Below, in pieces: positions 13,501 to 26,627 of a stretch of DNA of 64,000 nt (position 1 is its first letter; each line of letters starts with the position of its first letter). A model generated the notes under the pieces. It saw only the letters and a program-made list of their open reading frames with translations. It was not told the DNA's origin and searched no databases. Origin of the DNA: Oculina patagonica (lineage: Eukaryota); assembly GCF_052425735.1 (NCBI RefSeq), contig NC_135770.1, forward strand, positions 12,710,001 to 12,774,000. The letters run 5' to 3'. Position numbers and translations under genes: made by a program.

Positions 13501-16500
13501 CAAGACCCATAACTTCGTTTCTGTTCATCCTAAAAGTGTCAAGCTTGGTCAAATGACCAATCTCACCGTGATCTTTCATGTGGTTGTGTCAGATTATTGA
13601 TTACTTAAAATTTGAAACTCGCCCCAGTTCCCTGCGCAACCTCGGAACGGCCAATAAGAAGGTTTCTCTTTTCACACAGTCATGCTCTTCGCTCACTCAA
13701 CTTGTCAGATTCAATAAAATTACAATAAGTGTTTGCTTCAATGAACAACATCTTTAAACTAACAGGATCTTATACCTGTCAACCTCGCACGCCTAGGCAC
13801 AAGTCTCAAGCCTCAAGCCAAAAATATCAATCGTGCTTGCTGATGCCACATCAATCGGTCTAACTGATAGTGTTAGCAACAACCTGGAAAGGAAAGAAGT
13901 CATAACGGTGGTGCACCCAACGAGCAATACGGGATGTGCCGTGAGGGGTATGGTCAAGGAGTAAGGGAAGGGAAGAGAGAGCTGCTAGAATGGGTATCAT
14001 TTGCCGGGAAATAATAAGTGGTATGAAGAACAAAGTCCAGAATAGGAAAAGAAACTCATAAGAGAAAGAAGCTTTCCTAAATGTAAATAAAATCATACAT
14101 ACATAAACTTTATTTAAGTGTCATGGTATTTAGCTAAATAGCTAATTGGGGACACTAAAATAAATATACAATATAAAATATATAAATATTATTATTTATA
14201 TATATATATATAATATAAAATATAAAAATACTAATATTATATAAATAGATAAATAGATATAAAATATATAAATACTAATATTATAAGAATAGATATGTAG
14301 ATAGATAGTTGAAATGATACAAATATCTTGGCAACGTTGTTGACAGATGGTTTTCCAGTAAAAACACTATATTGATACAGTTCTAGAACAAAACAAGTCT
14401 GGGATAAGGTAGGGATTTTTGGTGTTTAGTCTAGTATAGGGTTACAAGATCAGGTGAACGTGGTGTGGGATAGGGTAAGGGTCTCAGAGCCCTCCCACCA
14501 AAATAATTTAGAATTTGATTGATTGTTGCTCTGTTAAAAATAATATTATTATAATCCGTATGCAAGTTTCACAGATTAATTTTTTTTTATGACCTTCTTT
14601 CTCCTCACAGACAACTGCATTTTTCGCTGGTAAAGATCGTTTAGGTCAACGACTCACAATTCCAGAGTACTTTTTGTGTGGCATGTTAACAGGTTCAGTG
14701 GCTGCAGTGGTTGAGGGACCCATTGATTTGGTGAGAAAAAAATAACGGCCGGTCAACGGATAATGTTCGGTCAACATGACCATTTGTCTGGACAAAGTTT
14801 CAGTTTACCAATCCTTTTGACTGGTCACATACACGGCTTTTAAAATAATAACTGATGACCAGAAAAATAAATAACTTTTTTGATACCATTAAGTGTTAAC
14901 TCTTATTCTAACGACTTTTTGAACAAGTGAAGCGATATTACTATCTCTTATTCTTTGCTACCTTTTAACTATAAGTATTTGCCAACAACATATCTGTAGT
15001 ACAGCCAGCAGAATGTGAAGCAAGAGGCCGTTTAAACGATGACGTAGTCAACGCTTTACAGCTGTAGGTGGTGGGCCTTGACCGGTTCTTTCTGATCGAC
15101 CAACTGAAAAGGACTGGGAACTAACTACAGGGAACAATGAGAGGCGTGTTGCTTGCGAGAAGTAACATATAATTATCGTATATCGAATGTCACGCTACAA
15201 GATAATGCACCTTTTTGAAGCTGTCAGCTCCTTTTATTTACGTTAATGTTTGACAAATTTCCTGAAAAAATTTTTAAGACCCCCTTGGAAAATGTCATCG
15301 CTTCTTCATGCATTGCATGCCGTTTATTTCTTTTTTTTTTTGATTTTCTACAGTTTAAATCAAAGATGCAAATCCAGATAATAAGGGCCAAATCAGGAGA
15401 GCCAGTCTTGTACAAGAACGTGTTCCACGCAGCTTATGTTATTGTTAAGAAACATGGAATTCGAGGAGCTTACCAGGGTCTACCTGCCACATGGCTCAGA
15501 AATATCCCAGCAAATTCGGCTTTCTTTGGTGAGTTCAAAAACACAACTTTTAAGTAACTTCTCAAGCATTGCTGGTGTTTACTAGTGACCCCTTCGGCCT
15601 TGTTTTCTGGGTGTACTTACCAAAGTTTCCAGAAGATGCTCCACCCTGAGCCCCAAACCCTCACCCTTAAAGGACCCTTGTCAGTCGCACCTTTGTTATT
15701 GTTTACATACGAGAATTTCGGTATTATATTTCACTCAGAGCGTGTCTTAATGAAACAGATCACTGCGATACTGTTAAAGGTAATTAAACAGACTTCCAGT
15801 AACACAACTTACAGCAATGCAATAACATTTTGCTTCACCAAACAATAATTTTCCCCAACTTTTTTTATACGCCAACTCGTGGAACCCCTACCCTTTTATA
15901 TACCTCCAGCCTGAAGAAGGTACTCCTTTCGGGTAGTTCCTCCAGGAATAGTCCAATATAGGGCTCCCTCTCCCAACGACCCTCGTTGAACCAGCCTTGG
16001 TATTTTGTTTCACTTCTGTAAACGTATACAATTTTTTTTCGTTCACCCGAATCAGGCGATTGTTTACGTATCATTTACGCCTGGCCACACATAAACGGTG
16101 AACAGATAAGTAACTGCTCAAATATCTATCAAACGAGGACGCCTGGGTACGAGCTTGACGTCAACGTTTACAAATGTTTCCGTTTATGTTTGTCCACGCG
16201 AGAATACGTAAAAGTACAGAGATACGGGTAGTTTTCCATTTACGCATTTTTCCACTTTGGAGAGCTTTTACGAAAATATGTTACAGCGACAGTTTAATGT
16301 CGTTTACGAGTGGACAAAAGGTGTAAATGAACAACAATTATCCGTTTAAAGACGTGTGGACGGGGCTAATTCCACTGTTATCATTCTAAAGCTGTCCATA
16401 GCAGTGACAGCATCGTGTCTGTTTGAAATTATACAAGAATGATTTTGTTGCCACTTTAGACTACATCAACAAACTATTCATTTTGCTTTTCTTCTTTTAG

Positions 16501-16841
16501 GCTTCTACGAATTATGTCGAACTATGGCGATACCAGAGGGTGGTACGGTAATTGACGTGTCTCCGATGGCATTACTGGCTGCCGGGGGAACAGGGGGGTT
16601 CCTCTATTGGTTCCTTACATACCCCACAGACGTTATAAAGTCATCCATGCAGGCGGATGACTCTATTGTGGAAAAGAGACGTTTCAAAAGCATCAGACAC
16701 TGCATAAAGACATTGTACTACAATGAAGGTGGATGGAAGAGATTCTACAGGGGATTTACACCGTGCTTAATGCGGTCCATTCCTGCGAACGCTACTTTGT
16801 TCTTTGTAGTTGAAACAATAAGAAAGTATTTTCCTCTTTAG
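10532..16841 (+). CDS. SLC25 mitochondrial carrier, carnitine/acylcarnitine-basic amino acid carrier-like
   Basis: Exons 10532-10808, 12508-12566, 14611-14730, 15354-15528, 16501-16841. Three carrier signatures: HPFDTLKVRLQ, GPIDLFKSKMQ, YPTDVIKSSMQ. Intron 2 has a GC donor. Confidence 0.9.
10921..11663. mobile_element. Nested MITEs in SLC25 intron 1
   Basis: Outer inverted termini TCTGACATTTGCAGACTGCA / TGCAGTCTGCAAATGTCAGA; inner element ~10962-11234 with GGCACA..CTAGGGGACTAGTC inverted ends. Confidence 0.65.
13071..13654. mobile_element. Near-palindromic foldback MITE flanked by TA
   Basis: TTGGCCGTTCCGAGGTTGCGCAGGGAACTGGGGCGAGTTT at the left and its exact reverse complement at the right; arms similar over ~240 bp. 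Confidence 0.85.
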
Positions 16842-17239
16842 GTATCATCAGACCTGTTAGTACCAGGAGTGGGACCTACATAATTTTTAAAGTAGTTTCT
16901 AGATAGCGTTTATAATATAATTTCTGGTAGTTGATGAAATATATACGCACGCACATAAATGGCTGTGCCTAAAAACTCTACTTCAGTCTTGCGCTTTTTC
17001 ATATCAGATATTGTCTTTTTCATAGCATTTTATAAATCACCATATAAAAAGTGAAATTACATTACTACTGCCATGCTACGTCAGGTGATTTTTGTTACTT
17101 GTGACATGCAGATGAACTATGATTTTGCAGTAATATTCTACGAAGTATTTACCTATTCAAGTGTAATTTACGTTCATATAGACAAGACACAAGACTTAAC
17201 CAAATTTATACCTTACGGCATCAATACTTTAAAAGAATA

Positions 17240-19404
17240 CCGTAGAATTCCGGTTATAAGCCCTGGGCTTATAGCGGAGCTCCCACGCGCCGAAGGCGCG
17301 CGAGCGGAGCATCCATGGCAGGCAAATGGTATCCTATCGAACCGAGAAATTTTGGGAGTCGCCTACGTCCGTCGTACGTACGCCCGTACGCACGGATTAG
17401 GCCTGGGGACGAGGTTGCCCGCGCGTGGCTAAAGAAAAGTAAGGAAATACAAACAGCAAATAAAGCTCGCAAGGCAAGACAAAATGTACACAAGGGGTAA
17501 AATTACAGTGATACTACAAGCAAAATATTAGAGTTTATTAACCAACTGCTCTTTTTTGTTAGTCTTTTTTCGTGTGTGAGTGTTATGTATCGAAGCCTTT
17601 ACGCCAAAAAAAACAATAGCTATGCTCTCGTTCGATCGCTACACGGTTAAATTAATTTATTGTCTCTGGTCGCATTTTTCGTAACCGTAAAACGAGAATT
17701 GACGTTATCTTCTATCGACTGGATGATGTGGACGTTTCAGTTTGATCTAAACGAAGTAATGTTATGAAAACGCGGGAAAATGTGTTGCGCGGTGTTCACT
17801 GTGTAGGCGATGACCGAGGGTATAAAAAAGAGCGAAGAGAAGAGAACTTTCTTACCGTAATATTTCTCGCACGATGTCCTCAAAAGTCACCTATATCCGT
17901 GAAATTGTAGATAAAGAAGAGGGGAGAGACCCGGAATAATGCGGATATCCTTGTCACGTAGTTTGCTATTTTTTTTCGGATGAATCTTCGGCCGTCAACA
18001 AAGAATACACATAGCAATGATCGTGTAAAAACGAAGCTAAACACTGCATGCATCAAGTCCGCTGAAGAAAGAAAGGAATCAAGGTACAACCTGTAGGCGA
18101 GGAGAAGAAATTATATTTTATAAATTAACTTTTTTCTAAGCGCAGTTTGATAGATTTTGTCGGTAAAGTTTAATCTTTCCTTAACTTAAGCAATATACTT
18201 TGCCCCTTTAAGTCGCTTTAACTGTAACTTGTAGTACATTTAGCTTACGCTTACATGTCAGTTCATTTTTTTGTTCCCCTGAGTTGGTTTTATTTGCTAT
18301 GACTAACCGATTATCTATTGCCGTAAGTTGATTTTTTTGGGCGCAATAAAGTCTTCTAATCCCTTGCCGTAGAGTTTTTTCTGATTTATTCCGACTTTCA
18401 GCCTACATTTTCTCGGCGGAAGAAACAAAGTATAAGTGACGTTTTCGAGGCTAAACGACGACAAAGCAAAAAGCCGAAAAAATTTATTTAACTAAACTTG
18501 CTCTGAAAAACATGTTTACCCCATCTCAGGCTCGAGCGCGAGGTGAAAAATAAACGACCATATTTTTAATATTCAAACATTTTTTTTTGCTTTAGTGTAG
18601 TCCACTTTACACTGAATAATTACACTGAATAGAGATGATTTAGTGTACGTTTAAATTTTTTAAATTTTCACACGGTAAAGAAATAAAAGATAAGTTTTAA
18701 ATTTGCGTACGTGACTGAGCAACCCTTTTCCGTACGCCGATGTTAAGACAAATACAGAAAGAAAAGAAGACGGGAATATCCTGCTATTTTCTATTCTTAG
18801 AAAGCAGACAATAAACTCTTAATTATTTTTAGGCCATGAGTTGTATTAAAGCAAAACGATAAGAGGATCGTAAAATTATTTACTATTCTTTAGAAAGGAG
18901 AGAATAAATTCTTAATTAATTTTTTGTCCATTAGTTGTTCTGCCTCGAGATTATGATGGATTTATATTTGTCTTGCACCTATGGGCCAGTGTATACATAA
19001 AAGCTTTGACCGCATATTTATCAAAATGAAAACATTGTAACTCCAGCAAAGATTAAATAAATTAAAGGGAAGCTCCGCTTTTAGGCTTGCCTAAATCTAT
19101 ATATTACAACTTTGTAAGGGTTTTTGGGTGGGCTTATAAGCGGAGGGGCTTATATTCGGGAGGGCTTATAAGCGGAAGGAAAAAAACGTTTCGAAACAAG
19201 CCTAGAGAGTGTTGATCGAAATACGTTTTTAAGTTAAAAACGCACAAGAAAGCAACATTTAGCCCTGTTCAGTACTGTCATCGGGTAGAGGGGGGCTTAT
19301 ATCCGGGGGGGCTTATAACCGGATGTATTTTTTTGTTTCCAGGTTGATGGGTCTATAACCGGGGGGGCTTATAAGCGGGGGGGCTTATAACCGGAATTTT
19401 ACGG
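17240..19404. mobile_element. TA-flanked Tc1/mariner-like MITE (CCGTA.AATTCCGGTTATAAGCCC termini) interrupted by an insertion
   Basis: TA|CCGTAGAATTCCGGTTATAAGCCC ... GGGCTTATAACCGGAATTTTACGG|TA; related copy at ~61191-61524. Confidence 0.75.
17272..19104 (+). mobile_element. Non-autonomous Helentron/Helitron2-like element
   Basis: Asymmetric subterminal IRs AGCGGAGCTCCC (5') and GGGAAGCTCCGCT (19067-19079), followed by hairpin TTTAGGC-TT-GCCTAAA (19080-19095); 5' CGCGCC-GAA-GGCGCG hairpin; no clear TSD. Confidence 0.6.
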
Positions 19405-20818
19405 TATGCCAACTCCATTATTTCGAAACCCTGCTCTGTCGAACAATTTTTCTTTTTCCTTTGGGAGGTCGAGATAGCGCGGTCCTACTGTAGTTATAAG
19501 AGAATCCTGATGAATTGCTATTCTCCGACGAGGAAATTGACAAACGTCTGGGGAATGAAATGTGATGCGTTCCAAATATTTAATAATTGTAGCTTTGAAG
19601 GTAATATGAAAAAATTCTAGATAACGTTTAATAATATATTTTCTGGCAGGTAGATTAGGATTTAGCTCGTGAACATGCTCACTCAGTAGGGTATAGGACG
19701 AGAACAAAAAAAAAATCGCCTCGCCTCCCTGATATTTTTTCCCCTGTACGCCACTGGGAGAGCCTGCTCGCACTCTATATAAATCTACGCGCACACGCAA
19801 CCGGCTGTGCCTAAAATGTATTCAAATCGTACAGTTTTTCCTTTTCAGAGATTGTATTTTTATAGCGTTTATAAAATCAGAGTTTTATAAGATGAATCAC
19901 CATGTAAAAAGTGAAATTAGTTAAAAGAGAATCCTCAATGATTGCCAGTCCTCTCTGATGAGGAAAGTGATTGGTGAAGGGAATGAGATGTATTCCACAT
20001 TTTATCTTCTTTGAAAAATAAAACCGCTGAAAGCCTTGCTAGACGGTAAACTCAAATGTTTTTTTTTTGGCTTCTGATAGCCAATGATTCTCAATACCAG
20101 ATTAGACATACGTTTTGGAAGAAAACCTCGCTAAACAAGCTAATCAGAACAGTTTTATCATGTGGTCTTTTCATGATAATAATCACATGCAGACCCCAGT
20201 TGTTCAAAGAATGGATAACTCTATGCAACGGATAAATCACTATCCAGTGGTTAGCGTGGTTTGTTTTGTTAACCCTTTTCGCTGGATAGCGCTATCCTTT
20301 CGTTGAATAACCGGGCTCGGTTATGTAACCAGTCGATAGTTCATAGACGGCGGGGAAAAGTTTCTCTCACAGAAAAAAAAAAAAAAAAAAAAAACCAAAA
20401 AAAAGATCTGTAGAAATGTCTTACGTGTTCATCTGACAGACATGTCTTGTTGGACCTTGTTGGGCGTTGGACATCTCTCCTTGGATCCCGAAAGCGCCTG
20501 GCGCGGTCTGACATCCGAACAGGAACTATCATACCGATTGCGTAGCCCCAGGCCGGAGACCGGGCAGTGTCTAATTAGTTGTTTCTGAAGTTCTTGTAAA
20601 GAAACATCATTTATTTCTGTATAGCTTTGTCGTCGGTGAGAACTTTTTCGGCTCCGAATCTGACGACGACTCAGGTTCTCTTAGGCTGCAAGCCAGTTTT
20701 CACTCTTGTGTAAGTTAGTCGGACAAACTTGTGTCAATTTCATGTTTATCTCGGCAGTGAAAACTGTTAAAGCATCGCTGGTTTTGTATCAACAAAACTG
20801 TTTAGCCATGTTCACAGT

Positions 20819-23800
20819 TTACTGGTAGACATGAATACAATGTTTATTTAAATCACATACCAGGACGTGACCGTTGTTTGTAACTGCGACCGACATGGGA
20901 TGTTCCATTCCTTCGTTAACAGAGTTAACAAACTTTCCATCTAGTGTGAACACTTGTAGTCTGGTGTTATGACTGTCGCAGACAACCAAATGGTTGTTGA
21001 ACTTGTCGATTGCCACTCCTCTGGGATAACACAGCTGCCCACAGCCAACGTTATACAGAAACTCGCCTTCCTCATTGAACACTCTTATGCGATGGATTTC
21101 ACCATAGGACACAAAGAACATGCCCTGGTGATGAACAGCGGACCATGGGGACTCGGCGCAGTCTGGATCACTAAAGGACTGCAGCAATTCTGTACCGTCA
21201 GGGGAGAGGACCTTGACTGATTTGTCGCCTCGATCGCACACGATCATGTGACCATCATTTGTGATGGAAACTCTCCATGGGTCAATAAGAAGCTCACCGG
21301 TGTGTTTAATAAACTGACCATGTTCAGTAAATACGGACATTCTGTATGCCTTTGGAACCTCTCTATGAAGGACTATGACGTCATCAGATGGTGTAAATGC
21401 CACTGACATCGGCTTGCCTATTCTCTCGGCACCAGTTCCCTTGTCTCCTATCGTTCTTATGTATTTCCATTCAGGATCAAACAGCTGGACTCGCTTGTTT
21501 TTACAATCTGCTATGGCAATGTTCCCAGATTTTTCACTCACTGCAATGCTTCGCGGCTTGTCAAATTCTTCTCGGCCTTTCCCACGTGATCCAAATGAAT
21601 AAAGGGGTTTGAACTCGTGTGGAGTGACCAGGACACCCCAGGGACTACCGGTCAGCGGCTTTCCATTAACCTCGACTGCTATGTCATGTAGACCAACACT
21701 GTTTGGCTTGTACCTCACCGTGTAGGTGCCATCTCTGCAATCTTCAACATTCAGTTTCTCATCTTTGCCAGCTGGGGAGAAGATTTTCACGGTTACTTGG
21801 TCGTGATCATAAAACAGATTTCCTTGTGAATCTCGTGTCGTGACTGTAAAATAAGCTTCTGCGCCCAATTCCGCTTCTTCTAAACCTTTTCCTTCGGCCA
21901 CCGATTGTGAAGGGTCGGTGTGAACAGCCACAAGCTGACCAGGTACCAAGCGTCTTATATCATTCACAATCTCTTTTCTTGCAAGATAATTGACACGCCG
22001 TGGTTTAAAGATCGTTATTTCCTGAGTTTTTAAAAGTTCTTCACAACGACCAAAGACAGTCTGCTCTGCTTGCAGAATCTCAGAGCATATTCCTTTTTGC
22101 ACGATAGCCTCGCCATATTCAACGGACATTCTCAGTTCAGAAGCGAACGACTGAAACTCTTCCAGTTTAGCCGTATGACCTCTCTGTTGCGCTTCATTAA
22201 TTTGAGCTAACTCTGTTTTTATGGCCATTTCATGTTCTCTCAAGACTTGAATAAGTTCTTCTACAGTTTCTGTCAGCTTCGTAAGCGCAGAAGAAATTTG
22301 CTCTTGGCTTCTCTTCATCAGTTCAGTTTGTTTCTCTATCTTTGTTTCAACAAGGCCAATTTTTGTCTTGACTTTTTCAAACACTTGCGACATTTGCACT
22401 TTTCGCTCTTCTGCAGCTTGTTGGATTTCTATCTTGTCATGACCATCATGACTTGTCTGACCACACTTGAGGCATATGCAAGCTTTGCATTCTTCACAAT
22501 AATATTCCACTGTTTCATTCTCGTGATATTTCTCTTTACATGTGACAGGTCTGTGCGTCGTCTCCCTTTGTGTCGACCATTTCCCTTAAAAACAAAGGTA
22601 TACAATAAATAATACTTATTAAGATTCATTCTCGCCCCCAAAGCCGCCTATCATATACTCCCTCTTACCCGGCAGGGCCAGTGCACGAGGAATAGGTGGT
22701 CTGGGGACGCATGATGTGATTGGCTAGACTTTAGCAAAAGGAGTTTAAAATCTAGCTGATCAAATCAATTTCTTTTTAATCCCTTTGTAATGTTTTGCCG
22801 GCTAAGACGGGGATGCAGCTCTAAAAACGAAAATGGTGAAGATTCAGATACGTTATTAGGTCCTCGTCCTCAAAGGCCGCAACGCTCTTGGTCAGCACCA
22901 AGATTTGTTGCTGGTTCCATTTTTAATCTTCGCTTGTAACCAGTGGACAGGTGCATGTTTTTTAAAGCTTGGCTTGTATAACCAATTGGGCAGGCTTGTA
23001 ATGTTTCGTTCTTATCTTGGCTGGTATAACCGGTTTGACAGGCACCACAATGGAAATGTGGTGGGGGCTGTGAAGTTCAACAATGGAATTGCGATGGTGC
23101 TGGTGGTGGAGAAATAGATTGCGCAATAATTTAACCGCTACTGTGACAAAAAACGAATTCTTACAAACCGGATATATAAGCCAAGATAAAAAGAAAACAT
23201 AAGAAACTTATCCAACTGGATATAAGATAATTAGATTCCATAGCATTTTATTCATGAGTCTATGACGTCATCGGCAATGACGTATTCCTGTCCACGCTAA
23301 TGAGATTGCTGCCCAAAAACCCGGCCTAAAATATTCCTACTATACTACTGAGGTAGGATCGAAATTCAGTTCAAATATTGTTCACTTTTCCGTGCATAAC
23401 GAGAGGAAGTTCATTGAAGCAAAGAATGATCCAAAACTGAACTATTTTTAACCACTCTTGGGAAAAACGCCAACTAACAGTAGTGTGACACATAAAGCCC
23501 CATGCAAACTAAAAGGTCACAAGCAGCCCCAAGTTTGACTGACAAAAGGAAAGTTACTAGTAGCCTTCAAGTTAGCCTCCCGACATGTGAAACTCGGTAA
23601 GAGGTAGTGAAAACAGTTGTTTTTAAAAGAATTTTTCAGAGAATGGTGGGATGTATTTTTGCAGCCCAACTAACCGAACGCCTGGAAAAGGCTACTGGAA
23701 GAGGCTGATTGCCGCGAGCCACGTGTCTAGACAGAGGCTTTTTAAAAGGATTTTGAGGGAACTGAAAGCCTTTGGGGAGATCTGATTTCGCAGCAGGATT

Positions 23801-24656
23801 CGAATCACAGTATGTACCACTAAAGATAACTTAGATTTCTTTTAGGAGAGAGGTGACTCTCAATGGACCACCGACTTCTCCACAAAAGCCAATCTCATTC
23901 TCTCGGGCTTTTCTCGTGGAAGGGAAAAGCCCTGGGAATGAGGTAGCACACAAACTAACCTTCAAAAGTAATTTCCTTTTTAATGGTAAGTTGCAAGTCA
24001 TCGAGCTTTTTCATGACATGTTTGATGCCGCTTCCAATTTCACTAAGTTGATCTTTAACATTGTCCTCATCCTTCTTCCACTGAGTGAGAAGTTCTTTGT
24101 AGTGATCTTCAAGTTCAGGGTCCATGCACTCACTCTTCAGATGTTCTATAGCTGTTTTGTAATTAGCCCCTCCCAGTCTTACCAGAGTATTCTGGATGTC
24201 CTGCCAGTAGCAATTGAACGTTGAGTCGTCCACCGAAGCGTGCTCGGCATGAGCGTACACGGTGTTTCTAAAGTACTTAACACGAGCGATATCCGCTTCC
24301 CGACTGGTGTCTGCTAGGGCAGGGAGGTCGTCCCAGCCAGTTATTGGCGCTGTAAAGCCACATATGTTTCTTAACAAAACCATCAAAAGAGTAATGTCAA
24401 ATTTTGTTGAAGACACTGAAGTTGACATGGCAGGAAAAAGCTTTCCCCATTGTGTTGCATTGATGATTTTCCTTGCCCTGAGTGATTGCAACGTGCTTTT
24501 ATTTCCCGCCAAAACTGTGTGAAGATTTGCGGGTGTGTGGATGGTATCAAAAGTGTCTTTCAGGGCCTGGGTTCCAACATCAACCAACAGACGACACAAG
24601 CGAGCGTAGTTTGTTGTCTCCCTGGTGGAAGAAGTTGTTGATGATGCACAAGCCAT
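20819..24656 (-). CDS. Chimeric DZIP3-type HEPN + B-box + coiled-coil + filamin + NHL-repeat protein (~820 aa, RING-less TRIM-NHL)
   Basis: Exon 24656-23960 (NYARLCRLL, FDITLLMVLLRN, RNTVYAH; donor G|GTTAGT, phase 1) joins exon 22584-20819 (acceptor TTTTAAG|GG; B-box CKEKYHE..YYCEECKACICLKC..H..H; filamin DGTYTVRY..GSP; NHL repeats). Confidence 0.75.
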
Positions 24657-24814
24657 GGGAAGTTTCTGTCGTTTAATATTGGTATTAACTGTATTAATTT
24701 ACGTTTTCAGCGAGAGCTCTATGGGAGGGGCCTAGGGAAGAAAAGTCCGATCCTATCTCCCCCCTCTCCACTTTGATCGCGCTTGAATCCGTCACTGATA
24801 TCAGAGATTATTAA

Positions 24815-24976
24815 AAGAACTATCCACGGTATACTACAATTCTTGAGTTTTGATTGGTTTACAGGCCATAGTATATGAGCTCATATACCATGAGCCACAA
24901 ATATGGTACATGCACGCGTCAGCGAGAACAGCCGGGAAGCTCAACTATCAAAATTCTATGGGTGTTTTTAATAAAA

Positions 24977-25010
<34 letters not shown>

Positions 25011-25590
25011 AGTTATAGCCAACTCACATCCAACGCGCGCTAATGGAATAATTGTTAATTATAGTTCGCCCCAAATATTCTCTGATTCTGGTTGGTTTAA
25101 ATTGATCACGTGACGCGATAATGTTCATCCGTGGAGATAATCATTCAGGGTGCCCGTCTGAGAAAAATATCTGGATGGATAGTACTCGTCCGTGAATTTT
25201 TTTTGTAAAGAAGCGAGCCTAAGGAGAAAAAACACTGAATTCACTGCGTCGAGTAGATGTCTTGTCTGGTTTAGTTTCGTTTGTTACATTTCGGTTTTCA
25301 AGTGTTTCATCCTAAAACGTAAAAAGAATTTAAGATGCTTATTTTTGAATGGGTGTGTGGAAGAAAATTTAGTGGTGAGCATTAAAGGTAATAGAGCCGC
25401 GTTTCTGACTCGGAACTATCGGTCCGATAGTTGCCCCTTGGAAATTTGATGTTCTTAAAACTACATGTAGCATATAAGCCCTCAAAGCTTTGCTTCTCGG
25501 GCTGGTATTTGTTTTAAGAACATCAAATTTCCGCGGGACAACTATCAGCCGATGGTTCCTCGACAAAACCACCCTATTGTTTAATTATTA
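24815..25590. repeat. Interspersed repeats with terminal palindromes (possibly non-autonomous Crypton-type)
   Basis: Palindromes ACAATTATTCCA...TGGAATAATTGT (24973-25060) and GGAAATTTGATGTTCTTAAAAC...GTTTTAAGAACATCAAATTTCC (25440-25532). Similar architecture at 40780-41540 and 55335-57460. Family assignment is uncertain. Confidence 0.45.
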
Positions 25591-25729
25591 ACTGTCTTCC
25601 TCCCATCGCGATGCAATATTTCGGCTCTATTACAGAGTATTTCCAGTATGAGTATCCTTGTATTAAAGGTCTGTAAGGTTCTTATGAGGTTTGCTAAGGT
25701 TCTTTTGAACTGCACTGTTGATTCGTTTC

Positions 25730-26590
25730 CTGATCATAAGATACATTTCCTAGATCGTCTAATTAATAAGAACCTTACAGACCTTTATTACAAGGAAACA
25801 CATACTGGACAGTACACGTCGTTTTCTAGTTTTACCCCTTGGCGTCTTAAAACTGCGTGGGTTAAAGCATTGTATTCTAGAGCTTACAAAATTTGCAGCA
25901 ATTGTAAACTTTTTCAGGGCCAAGTTAAACGTATTGATAAGTTTTTGTCATGGAATAATTTTTCTAAGAGAGTTCGTCGTTCTATTCTCAACCGTCTTAG
26001 GAAAAACACCAACAATCCCAAACGAACCGACAAACTTGTGGAAGACAATGGTGCCAAAACAATCTGGCTTAAATTACCTTACGGTGGTAAAAAGAGGTGA
26101 AGGGTTAGTTAACAAATGTATCAAGAAACTTAATAGACTACTTGGTAAAAAGGTTAAGTATATAATACGTTATGATACCACCAAAATTTCACATTTCTTT
26201 TCCAACAAGGACCCAGTTCCTACATTGCAAAAATCTAGCGTTATTTATAAACTTTCTTGTCCTGATTGTTCTCAACAATATACAGATCGCTCTTTGGCCT
26301 TTAGGTTAAATGGGCACGCCACAAGGCCTGAACAACCCATGTATCACCATCTGGCTAATTGCAACGCCTTAAATGAACTAGTCATGCAGCTTTCATGGAT
26401 TACCTGATTGTTTCAATGACCAACTAACGCCCTCCGTAAGTTTTTAAAGACCATATTCGTAACGCAGTTTACAACAACTTCGAAGTAATTGACTATAATT
26501 ACAATTGGTCACAATTAGCGTTCCTGGACGCCTTTCATATCAAGAATCTTAAGCCTAGCATTAATGAAGGACTCAAAGACCTCAAAGCCT
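25730..26590 (+). mobile_element. Degenerate Penelope-like retroelement fragment (RT thumb plus GIY-YIG endonuclease)
   Basis: IHFLD..TDLYYKETHTGQY..SRAYKICS, then after a frameshift KSSVIYKLSCPDCSQQY..TDRSLAFRLNGH. Frameshifts, a stop and loss of the YIG residues indicate decay. Confidence 0.85.
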
Positions 26591-26627
26591 CCAGAGAGTT
26601 TTCTCTGATTACCAATATTTCTATAAT

